Below are positions 7,553 to 15,715 of a DNA stretch of 32,000 nucleotides, one piece after another. The stretch comes from Candidatus Methanoperedens sp. (lineage in GTDB: Archaea > Halobacteriota > Methanosarcinia > Methanosarcinales > Methanoperedenaceae): the NCBI GenBank assembly GCA_041494705.1, contig JBGQBI010000001.1:461931-493930 (forward strand), in the 5' to 3' direction. Under the pieces are notes generated by a model that was given only the letters and a program-made list of their open reading frames with translations, was not told where the DNA came from and searched no databases. Each line of letters opens with the position of its first letter. Positions within the stretch are counted from its first letter, which is position 1. The translations under genes and the position numbers were made by a program.

Positions 7553-10507
7553 TTATATTTTGTGTTTCTTCCAGAACCATAGTGCAACTATTCCTATTAC
7601 CAACGAAAATGCAGCTATGTAGGTTAAATATGGTTTTGTTACTATTTTAACAATCTCTTTGCCATGAAAACTTTTTAATTCTCCTTCAACATGGCATCCC
7701 CAGCAATCCTTATTTCCAATATTACTATGTTGCGAATCCGAAGGCAGGGCTCTGGGATTCCCCCATGCTTTTCTTATAGTTTCATTTTCCTGGATATGGC
7801 AGAAAACGCAATTTTTTGAATCCGGCATGTAATCAACAGGAGAATTCCAGTGGTAAGGGTCGCCCTTGTTAAATAATGTGCCTGTATAATTTGTATTGAA
7901 GGAAAAATAACCGCCTGCTTTTGCTTTATTCCCGAACGTCACGCCATGGCACGAACCCTGGCCGGTTGCTGCATCAAATCCGAAGCAGGAAGACCTTGTA
8001 TTACCTAAAGAAGACTGGTCTGTCACATTGATGGGAGAATTATTGTAATGGGAATATACCACCGGGATATATTTTGTAATATCGGGCCGCACGTTAGCAA
8101 GGGGACTTAGCTCCGGGTTTACTTTTACATGGCAGTCTTCACATACATTCAATTTCGGCGATACATGCTCCGTCATTTTTACGTGGCACACCGGGCAGCT
8201 TTCATTCAGCCTGTCAGCTCCTTTTTCATTGGCATTATCCCCTTCCCAGTCAAAACTATCATGCATGAATCCGGGTGAAAATGGCTTTTCCGGATGTTTA
8301 CCGTTTGAAAAAGTAGTATTGTAATGACAGTTTTCACAATTGTTGCCAGTCGTTCCATGCCTTATTTTATGGCATGAGGTACAATCTTCGGCCGCTGAAT
8401 AAGAAGTAGAATTCACACCTGGCAATTTGTCTGCGGCTGATAGTTTCGGGGTTGTATCGCTATTATTATATTTGCCGCCGGAATTATCCATTGTTGTCGG
8501 GAGAGACATGGTTATCCTGACCACAGCGGTTTTCATTGTTTCTGCGTTACCCGCATTATCCAAACTGAAATATTTAATGGTATGTCCGCCTTCTTCATTA
8601 AAAGTAAGCTGTATATATGGTAAATAAGATACCTGCCCGACTCCATCCACTATGTAGTTTATTGCTTCAACACCTGAGATATTATCAGAAGCTGTAATAT
8701 TGAGAGTTACATTTGCAGTGTGCCACGTACTGTCTGAGTTATCGACCGTCTGTGGAGGGATATTATCAATCCTGATAGTGGCAGTATGAGGTTGTTCAGC
8801 GTTCCCTGCATTATCCACACTATAATACCTGATAGTATGATTGCCTTCCCCGCTTATGGAAACGGTTGTGCCTTTCAGAGAGTATGATGTAGGAATTGGG
8901 CCATCAACGGTGTAATAAGTTTCCATTATACCTGAGCCTGCATCGCTGGCAGTAAGCATGACCGCAACGCTGCTATTATACCATTGACCATCAGCATTGT
9001 CTGACGTAAGAGGTGGGGTTTTGTCGATTTTCACCTGGCTCGGTGCTGTCTTTATCCCTTCGACATTGCCTGCTTTATCCACGCTGAAATATTTGATAGT
9101 ATAAATCCCTTCATTTGAAATACTAAATGTTGTTCCTTCTGTGGAGTTTACTGTTGGTTCTGTTCCATCAATAGTATAGTACGTGGCTGCCACCCCGCTT
9201 TCATTATCTTTCGCTGTCAATGTAACTGTAACGCTGCTATTATGCCATTGCCCGTCCACATCATCCGTGGTTGCGGGAGGTATGGTGTCCGCTGGTTTGT
9301 TATAGTAAGTATAGGCATAGATGTTCCCATTGGAATTCCCCAATATAATCTCCTTGTTGCCGTCCCCTTCCAGGTCCGCTATAGTCGCCGATGTAAACAT
9401 ATCATTAGCGACCCTTGTATTTTCAAGGACATTTCCCTGGTTATCCCATATATACAGGTTCCCGTATGCGTCGCCGGCTGCAATTTCCATCTTCCCGTCG
9501 CCGTTTATGTCTCCAAGCGCGAGATTACTGTCAACCCTTCCGATAGAAGAAAATTCTTTCAGGATGCCATTCCTTATCAGATATATTTTTTTCTCATCAT
9601 TTGAGGCGATTGCCGCACTAATCACGCCTGTGCCGTCTATATCGCCCGTGCCAGGAGATGCTAGGTTACTTTTTATGTTAAATTTATAAAGCTGATTACC
9701 GCTATTATCGAAAATAGATACTCCCGATGACGAAGTCACAATAATTTCATTCCTACCGCTCCCCTCAAAGTCACCGAACCTTGCGCTTCTCGCATCCCCT
9801 CCGAGATCCCTGCTCCAGAGAATTGTTCCCATAATACTATTTACTTTTATTACCCAGATTTTCCCATCTATTGGATTTGCAGAATTGATATCCTGGGTTA
9901 AAATAACAGCCTCATCGATTCCATCCCCGTCGATATCGCCAACCGGGATTGGCGCCCTGTAATTCACAGCCTTTCCAAGCTCAAGATACCAGAGTTTATT
10001 TCCAGAGCTGTCGAATGCATACACACCTGTAGCCTGGGTTATTGATCCCAAAGACGACCCCGGAGCCGCCCCGGTAAGAATTATTCCTTCTTTTGTAATT
10101 GACGGGGAGGAAATAAGCAGATATTTTCCCGGCGTTATATTCGCAATATTATTACCCGCAGTATCCCAGATATAAAAAGTGGCATCCGAGTAACCGGGAT
10201 TACCATAAGAAATTATTTCAAGCCTGCCGCTGATATTGGCTACCAGAGGAGTTCTTGCTTCATCTGCCAGATTTATTCCGCCGGTATTCTCCCAGTCAAG
10301 GACGCCCATATAATTGAACACTTTAATCATCCTGTTATCGGGCGCCGCTATTATCTCAGGTTTCCCGTCTCCGTCTATATCCTGTACAACTAAAAGGGAT
10401 TTAATTGGGCTACCAGTATTGACAGGGAAACCTGCGTGTTGTTCTATCTTGGCAGATACTGTTGTTATCATTAGAAACACTGTTAAAAATAAAACTAGTT
10501 TATTCAT
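7553..10507 (-). CDS. Chimeric surface protein: signal peptide, FG-GAP/VCBS beta-propeller repeats, three Ig-like repeats, a heptaheme c-type cytochrome domain and a C-terminal TM anchor
   Basis: The signal peptide is MNKLVLFLTVFLMITTVSA. Ca-binding-like FG-GAP motifs recur: DIDGDGKPEI, GDIDGDGIDE, GDFEGSGRNE, GDIDGTGV, GDINGDGKMEI, ADLEGDGNKEI. Three ~85-aa repeats have the form DGQWHNSSVTVTLTAKDNESGV..YYTIDG...YFSVDKAGNVE. The heme motifs are CTSCH, CENCH, CPVCH, CEDCH, CX11CH (7946-7987), CVFCH and CWGCH. The C-terminal anchor is IAAFSLVIGIVALWFWKKHKI. I chose the start at 10507: it has a GGAGGGAGGAG SD-like run 11 nt upstream and lies 1 nt after the TAA of the upstream cytochrome gene. 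Confidence 0.85.
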   Translation of the reverse strand: MNKLVLFLTVFLMITTVSAKIEQHAGFPVNTGSPIKSLLVVQDIDGDGKPEIIAAPDNRMIKVFNYMGVLDWENTGGINLADEARTPLVANISGRLEIISYGNPGYSDATFYIWDTAGNNIANITPGKYLLISSPSITKEGIILTGAAPGSSLGSITQATGVYAFDSSGNKLWYLELGKAVNYRAPIPVGDIDGDGIDEAVILTQDINSANPIDGKIWVIKVNSIMGTILWSRDLGGDARSARFGDFEGSGRNEIIVTSSSGVSIFDNSGNQLYKFNIKSNLASPGTGDIDGTGVISAAIASNDEKKIYLIRNGILKEFSSIGRVDSNLALGDINGDGKMEIAAGDAYGNLYIWDNQGNVLENTRVANDMFTSATIADLEGDGNKEIILGNSNGNIYAYTYYNKPADTIPPATTDDVDGQWHNSSVTVTLTAKDNESGVAATYYTIDGTEPTVNSTEGTTFSISNEGIYTIKYFSVDKAGNVEGIKTAPSQVKIDKTPPLTSDNADGQWYNSSVAVMLTASDAGSGIMETYYTVDGPIPTSYSLKGTTVSISGEGNHTIRYYSVDNAGNAEQPHTATIRIDNIPPQTVDNSDSTWHTANVTLNITASDNISGVEAINYIVDGVGQVSYLPYIQLTFNEEGGHTIKYFSLDNAGNAETMKTAVVRITMSLPTTMDNSGGKYNNSDTTPKLSAADKLPGVNSTSYSAAEDCTSCHKIRHGTTGNNCENCHYNTTFSNGKHPEKPFSPGFMHDSFDWEGDNANEKGADRLNESCPVCHVKMTEHVSPKLNVCEDCHVKVNPELSPLANVRPDITKYIPVVYSHYNNSPINVTDQSSLGNTRSSCFGFDAATGQGSCHGVTFGNKAKAGGYFSFNTNYTGTLFNKGDPYHWNSPVDYMPDSKNCVFCHIQENETIRKAWGNPRALPSDSQHSNIGNKDCWGCHVEGELKSFHGKEIVKIVTKPYLTYIAAFSLVIGIVALWFWKKHKI
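8505..9280 (-). repeat. Three tandem ~85-aa Ig-like (bacterial-Ig / OmpL47-like 'AGN-E' type) coding repeats inside the chimeric cytochrome
   Basis: The protein repeats are DGQWHNSSVTVTLTAKDNESGVAATYYTIDG..IYTIKYFSVDKAGNVE, then DGQWYNSSVAVMLTASDAGSGIMETYYTVDG..HTIRYYSVDNAGNAE, then DSTWHTANVTLNITASDNISGVEAINYIVDG..HTIKYFSLDNAGNAE. Boundaries are approximate. Confidence 0.75.
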
Positions 10508-10508
10508 T

Positions 10509-13500
10509 TTACCTGTTTCTCCTCCCTCCAGTGCTTGGTTGAACATGGCAGCCCGTTGAGAAGCATCCGCTACTGCCTACATACATGCCTATATTTTTAT
10601 CATGAAGTGTCATATTAACCTGCGGATTGGAATTATGGCATGAAGACTGGCAGGAAATCCCTGTGCTGCCCATTATATTATGACTAGATGGTAAGATTCT
10701 GGCATTTCCATAATCCTTCCCCACTGCACCTGCGTTATGGCATTTATTGCATCCAAAATTTGTTCCCGTTGTGGCTCTCGTATCGGGCAGTATGCCTGTT
10801 ACTGCTGATGGCATACTTTCACCGAGTGTCCTGCTAACCACGTAATGCGATACCGAGGCGTTCTTTAATTTTTCCGCGGCATAGCCGCCATAATTAATGT
10901 TCTGGTTTGCTACTAAACTATTATTATGACATGAAACGCACGTCCTGTTAGAGTCCACGTTATCGTAAACCACCGTGCCTGAAAATACCGAACCCGGATA
11001 ATGCCGGTACACTAAAGTGGCATTGAAATTATTATTGACATGACAATACTCGCATGGTTTTGGATACTGATAATTAACCGGATGCTTTTCCGGCTGGGTG
11101 CCATTGCCATGACATGCCCAGCAGGCTTTGTTTATCGGGTCCAATACTGAGGTGTTGGTTGCATTACTGTTAAGATTCGCATGCACGCCAAGCTTCATCG
11201 CACTAAAGTTTATCTTCCTGTCGTCCGGCGCCCCGTTTCCTGATACATCGTGACATGAAACACAATCAGGTCCGCTCGCGCTGGGTTTAAGATTGTGGCT
11301 AAAGTCAAGCGAAGTGGCGCCTGTTTTGAGCGCGCTGCCGTGGCAATTTTTACATTTAATATCATCATATCCCGAGGAAAGCGCACCTGAATGGTTGTAG
11401 AAAGCTGTGCCATCCCTGGAAGTAAGCGGGACAAGTCCGCCCATGTTTAACACTTCAGGAGGCACCGGATTGAGAAGGTTCCCCGAGTAATTGGGCGCAT
11501 TCTTGTAATGGCAGTTGGCACACCAGTAACTTCCGTTTAAGCTCTGGTTGTTTGTATTGTTCCCCATGATCTTTGTGATATTGCCCAGAGCTGATGCATT
11601 ATGGAGGGTAATACCATGGCAGTAAACACATGCGCTCTGCGTGTCGCTGTTTGTCCAGTAACCCTGCTGCGTGCCATTCCACAGTGAACCGTTATAAGGA
11701 TCGGCGCTGTGATTCATGGGCGCGGGGATTTTCGGGGCAGTGCTGAAGTTGCCAGGACCGCTCTGGTGGCATGTGGTACAGTTTACTGCATTTGTCCTTG
11801 ATGTGCTGAAGTTGGAGCCGTCCTGCTGGAGGTACCGCACCGGATGGATGCTCCTGCTATCGTTGAGATGGCAGTCTGTACAATTTACGGCATTATTGTG
11901 TGGTTGTTTAAAACCAGTTACTGCTCCTGTATAATTTGTGCCGCCGGTGCCGTTGTTGCCGTGACAGCTCAAGCATAAACGGTTATTATTCACGGGCGAC
12001 GCCGGCTTGTAAAGTGTACTGTTGTGAATTCTGCCAGCCTGGGTTGCATGGCAGTCCGTACAACCCGGATTGGAGGAGGGATAGCCGGATGAGTGGTTTG
12101 CTATCGTCTTGTTTGCATTATCGATGAACGGAAATACTGTTGTCTGGTTGTTGTGGCATTTATTACAGTAATCGTTTGTTCCCTGTGCAGGGTAATCAGT
12201 GCGTTTCTTGCCATAATGACTTGTGCTATTGCTTCCGCCGTTTTCACCGCCGTAAACGCCTGCTGCGCCGTCAGGGTCAGGGTTTGTGCCCAGCATCATC
12301 TCAGTCCTATTATGGCAATCATAGCACGTGGTCACCGCCTCCGTTCTTATACTGGTGCCGTTCCAGTAGTGCTGGGTTACGTATGGTATTATTGCAATAA
12401 GATCTCCATACATATTATGGCATACTGCACAGCTTATACCTATGTGCCTCGTAACATGGCAATCCACACATCTGTAGGGTGTCTTGTAATTGGATGGATG
12501 ACTACTTCCCGGTTCGTTGCCGTTGCCGTGGCATGCCCAGCATTTCTTGTTCTCTGCGGGCAGGGTTGTTGTGGTTCTGCTGTTCAGGTCACTGTGGATG
12601 GCGTTTACATCGTTCATCGCACTGATATTTACAAGTTTTCCTGCACCGGCTGAGCCTCCGATGTTGTGGCAGCCTGTACAGTTGGCTCCTCCTGCCTGTC
12701 CTATACCCACATTATGGCTAAAGTTGAGAGACGTTGCCCCTGCATTGAGGTTATTATCATGGCAGTTCTTGCACGTAGCATCATCATAGCTTGTTGAGAT
12801 TGCACTTGAATGGTTGTAGAATGAAGTTCCATCTTTGGAAATTACAGGGACAAGCCCGCTCTGGTTTAACACCTCAGGCGGCTGCTGAGTTAACAGGTTT
12901 CCTCCATAATCGGGTGCAGTCTTATAATGGCAGTTTGCACACCATCTACTTGTGGTAAGGTCCTGATTTAAACTATTCGTCCCTTTGACGTTGCTTACGC
13001 TACCCAGTGCTGAGATGCTGTGAAGAGTCGATAGACCGTGGCAGTAATAACATGCGCTCTTCTGGCTTGTATTATCCCAGTAAGCGGATTGCAAGCCATT
13101 CCAGAGGACGCCTGCATATGGGTCTGTGCTGTGGTTCAAAGGTACTGGAATCTGTGGCGGGTTCCTGCCTGTGTAGTTGCCTGCCTTGGGCTGCGCTTTC
13201 AGAGCAGCGAAGAACGAAGCGTTCTGGTGGCAATTGGTGCAGTTGCCTCTTGCTGGATTTGGATTATTATGATTCAAATCTACATACGTGGCGTTCTGTG
13301 CAAACACCTGTATGTCATGCACATCGTCGCTGTGGCATAGTGTGCAGTTCACGCCGCCCGATGTGGTGTTGCTTGAGTTGTGCTCGGTATTGCTTGTGTG
13401 GCAGGTTTTACATTGAGAATCTTCTGTATTACTATTCCTTATAAATCTCTGGGTTTCATCAGGTTTAGTGATATTATGCATCGGACCGTGGCAGATGATG

Positions 13501-15602
13501 CAGGGGACTGTTGAGTTGGGTGTATGGAAGGTTCCATTAAAGTCAGTGCCATTGTTTTCAGAATATTCGCTATGTGCAATTGCTTTATTGGAATTATTAA
13601 GAGTGGATTTGCCTGAGATATCCGACCTGTTTGCAGGAGTGTGGCAGACTGTTGTATTGAAACATGAACCTATGACAGCATTTGTACTATGGACTGAACT
13701 GGCTTGATGGCAGTTTGGGTCACTGCAAGTGAGATTTCTGTGAACATCTTTGGTATTAATCCCATGGTTTGCACCACCGGAAGTAAGGGCACCTGGATTG
13801 CCATCAAATGATTGGTGACAGTTTGTACAGTTCAGAGTTGCACTTGTGTGTGTACCAGTTTGAGATATTGTCTCCCTTCCGCCCATATAAGGCGAATTTT
13901 TGGCCATCGTCCCGGCAGGATTCGAACCTGTATGGCCACTGTTACATCCTGACATCCCGCATCCCCACCAGTTGTAGATAAAGCTTGTATTATCGTTAAG
14001 ATTGCCGTTCGACGCTTTGACCGTCCAGTTCCCATAATAGTTCCTTGCATCCATGTCAAAGCTGAAGTTGGCAAGACCATATGCATTGGTTGTAGCATTT
14101 ATTCTTGCCGGAGTATATTCTGTCCCGTTGGGCATGTATAAATTGAATGTTATGACCCTTCCGCTCAAAGGTGAACCTTTATCATCTATGAAAAAGGCTG
14201 TTGCATTGATATTGGTATTTATACCCGTCCAGGAATTAGCGGTGTGAGTTGTTGTCGGTTTAAAAAATCCTGTACCATTTGAACTGGCCGTTGTCCAATC
14301 GTCCAGTATCACATAGCGGTTGGTGGCAACCAGTATTTTCCCCCCAGCCGAAGGCGGCGTGGGCGTAAGCAAGATATTAACATTGCTCATCGCAGCGCCG
14401 CTTACTGTTCCTGTGGTTGAGTTGTCGTTATAACCCGGCTTACTGGCTGTTATGATATAAGTGCCGTTGCCTACCGTAAAATTGTAGTAGCCCGTGCCGT
14501 CCGTACTGGTGGAAAGGCTCGTGTTCGTTGTAACTGCGGCGCCCGTTATCGCCTGTCCGTTTGAGGCATTGGTAACGTAGCCTGATAATTGATAAGTCGG
14601 CACAGGTGTTAGCGAGATGTTTGCAGTGGTATTATGAGCGCCGTTAATTGCTACGTTAATCGAATTTACACCATAACCTGTGAGGCTTGCATTAATAACA
14701 TATGTCCCATTGGATAAGCCCGTGAAATTATAGAAGCCGGTAGCATTTGTTGTCGTGGTCAGGCTTGTGTTTGTCTGAACTGTGGCACCGCTTAGAGGAA
14801 GACCGCTGGATTTGTTGGTAACATAGCCTGAAATATTGTAGAGTGTGGTATCGTTTATAGTGATATTCGATATATAATTATTGAAATACAAACTCACTGT
14901 CCCGGCAGTACCCGTAGTCGTGTTTATTTGAACCATCAGCCTGTGCCCTTTCGGAACAATATATGTAGTATAATTGATTCGAGAGCTGTAGTTTCCCTGG
15001 GTGGTTGCGGTTGGAGTTAGATTTACCTTGTTGCCAATACGGGTTTTTGCGCCGTTTGCAGGATCATATTCGAATAGTGATACGTTTAGCCGGTTATTTG
15101 TAGTACTCGTAGCCTTCCAGCTTATATTAAAAGTGGTATTTCCAGTGATTAAGGTATCATTGGTATAATTAAAAGGGAGATAAAACCTGAAAAGCTCGTA
15201 TTCGGTAGTGGTGGAAGTGGTAGTAAAACTTATATTTGCTACTGTGCCCATGGTTCCGTTTTTCAATAAATTCTTGTAAGGTCTTTGTGCCAGCGGGACT
15301 ATAGTGTTTGTTGCGGAATAATTTGTCATTCCATCCGCCCCCACTGACACATTGCCTGCGGTGTTGTTGTTTTCCAGATAATAAATTTTCACATCCGCCG
15401 CTGCCGGCTGAACCATAGCAAACATAACGCCGGTTATAACTAGAACCAGAATCACAGCTAGTCTTGCCCGTTTTATCCGCTTTTTACAGAAACCTGCATT
15501 CATTTTAGAAGCCATACCACCATTTTCAATAGCAACTGCTATGCCATCAATTCGTTTTCTATTCTGAAGCATCATGAATTGATGTCCTATCCAATTCATC
15601 AA
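10509..15602 (-). CDS. Giant secreted multiheme c-type cytochrome (about 1660-1697 aa; 26 CxxCH plus 4 non-standard CXnCH motifs)
   Basis: A signal-like segment, RARLAVILVLVITGVMFAMVQPAAA, suggests the true start is an internal Met (for example MNAGF at 15503). The N-terminal third is beta-rich and sequon-rich, with two carboxypeptidase-regulatory-like repeats. My manual count of the track translation gives 26 canonical CxxCH motifs. Non-standard motifs are CSDPNCH, CFNTTVCH, CQSSCH and CFSTGCH. There is no C-terminal anchor; the protein ends GCHVQPSTGGRRNR. Confidence 0.9.
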   Translation of the reverse strand: MMNWIGHQFMMLQNRKRIDGIAVAIENGGMASKMNAGFCKKRIKRARLAVILVLVITGVMFAMVQPAAADVKIYYLENNNTAGNVSVGADGMTNYSATNTIVPLAQRPYKNLLKNGTMGTVANISFTTTSTTTEYELFRFYLPFNYTNDTLITGNTTFNISWKATSTTNNRLNVSLFEYDPANGAKTRIGNKVNLTPTATTQGNYSSRINYTTYIVPKGHRLMVQINTTTGTAGTVSLYFNNYISNITINDTTLYNISGYVTNKSSGLPLSGATVQTNTSLTTTTNATGFYNFTGLSNGTYVINASLTGYGVNSINVAINGAHNTTANISLTPVPTYQLSGYVTNASNGQAITGAAVTTNTSLSTSTDGTGYYNFTVGNGTYIITASKPGYNDNSTTGTVSGAAMSNVNILLTPTPPSAGGKILVATNRYVILDDWTTASSNGTGFFKPTTTHTANSWTGINTNINATAFFIDDKGSPLSGRVITFNLYMPNGTEYTPARINATTNAYGLANFSFDMDARNYYGNWTVKASNGNLNDNTSFIYNWWGCGMSGCNSGHTGSNPAGTMAKNSPYMGGRETISQTGTHTSATLNCTNCHQSFDGNPGALTSGGANHGINTKDVHRNLTCSDPNCHQASSVHSTNAVIGSCFNTTVCHTPANRSDISGKSTLNNSNKAIAHSEYSENNGTDFNGTFHTPNSTVPCIICHGPMHNITKPDETQRFIRNSNTEDSQCKTCHTSNTEHNSSNTTSGGVNCTLCHSDDVHDIQVFAQNATYVDLNHNNPNPARGNCTNCHQNASFFAALKAQPKAGNYTGRNPPQIPVPLNHSTDPYAGVLWNGLQSAYWDNTSQKSACYYCHGLSTLHSISALGSVSNVKGTNSLNQDLTTSRWCANCHYKTAPDYGGNLLTQQPPEVLNQSGLVPVISKDGTSFYNHSSAISTSYDDATCKNCHDNNLNAGATSLNFSHNVGIGQAGGANCTGCHNIGGSAGAGKLVNISAMNDVNAIHSDLNSRTTTTLPAENKKCWACHGNGNEPGSSHPSNYKTPYRCVDCHVTRHIGISCAVCHNMYGDLIAIIPYVTQHYWNGTSIRTEAVTTCYDCHNRTEMMLGTNPDPDGAAGVYGGENGGSNSTSHYGKKRTDYPAQGTNDYCNKCHNNQTTVFPFIDNANKTIANHSSGYPSSNPGCTDCHATQAGRIHNSTLYKPASPVNNNRLCLSCHGNNGTGGTNYTGAVTGFKQPHNNAVNCTDCHLNDSRSIHPVRYLQQDGSNFSTSRTNAVNCTTCHQSGPGNFSTAPKIPAPMNHSADPYNGSLWNGTQQGYWTNSDTQSACVYCHGITLHNASALGNITKIMGNNTNNQSLNGSYWCANCHYKNAPNYSGNLLNPVPPEVLNMGGLVPLTSRDGTAFYNHSGALSSGYDDIKCKNCHGSALKTGATSLDFSHNLKPSASGPDCVSCHDVSGNGAPDDRKINFSAMKLGVHANLNSNATNTSVLDPINKACWACHGNGTQPEKHPVNYQYPKPCEYCHVNNNFNATLVYRHYPGSVFSGTVVYDNVDSNRTCVSCHNNSLVANQNINYGGYAAEKLKNASVSHYVVSRTLGESMPSAVTGILPDTRATTGTNFGCNKCHNAGAVGKDYGNARILPSSHNIMGSTGISCQSSCHNSNPQVNMTLHDKNIGMYVGSSGCFSTGCHVQPSTGGRRNR
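11040..11720 (-). repeat. Copy 2 of an internally duplicated ~230-aa six-heme module of the giant cytochrome
   Basis: NHSADPYNGSLWNG..CVYCH..YWCANCHYKNAPNYSGNLLNPVPPEVLN..CKNCH..CVSCH..CWACHGNG..CEYCHV aligns collinearly with copy 1. Boundaries are approximate. Confidence 0.8.
12450..13145 (-). repeat. Copy 1 of an internally duplicated ~230-aa six-heme module of the giant cytochrome
   Basis: NHSTDPYAGVLWNG..CYYCH..RWCANCHYKTAPDYGGNLLTQQPPEVLN..CKNCH..CTGCH..CWACHGNG..CVDCHV. The order and spacing of the six CxxCH motifs match copy 2. Confidence 0.8.
14355..14848 (-). repeat. Two tandem carboxypeptidase-regulatory-like (CarboxypepD_reg/PEGA-like) beta-sandwich coding repeats
   Basis: The first repeat is ISGYVTNKSSGLPLSGATVQTNTSLTTTTNATGFYNFTGLSNGTYVINASLTGYGVNSINV...SLTPVP. 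The second is LSGYVTNASNGQAITGAAVTTNTSLSTSTDGTGYYNFTVGNGTYIITASKPGYNDNS...LLTPTP. Confidence 0.75.
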
Positions 15603-15715
15603 TTCGTTTTATAAACCTTAGTTAGTAACCCTTAATATAGTTTTGGTATAATTTAGGTATATTTATCCAGATAAATCATTATAATTGTGAGTGAAATAAC
15701 CAGGAAAGAATACAT

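Noticed and set aside
7525-7587. Longer N-terminal extensions offered by the ORF track for the radical SAM gene (start 7587) and the chimeric cytochrome (start 10546)
   Set aside because: The extensions (MHYGSGRNTKYNYHTGIQRNQ... and MFNQALEGGETGK...) overlap the upstream genes. They precede much more plausible starts: MSKKVLLITPP, typical of the B12-binding domain, and MNKLVLFL, a signal peptide with an upstream GGAGG.
13917-13931. 'caggattcgaacctg', which on the minus strand is a perfect tRNA T-arm-like GGTTCGAATCC consensus
   Set aside because: It lies in frame within the cytochrome CDS, encoding GSNPAG. No acceptor, D or anticodon arms can be built around it, so it is a chance match.
11210-14247. 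Numerous 60-186-aa ORFs on the + strand or in other minus frames inside the 1697-aa cytochrome gene
   Set aside because: They are antisense or off-frame artefacts of a long, compositionally biased gene. They are rich in Cys, Arg and Val and have no motifs, and the 5.1-kb frame with 26 CxxCH explains the region.
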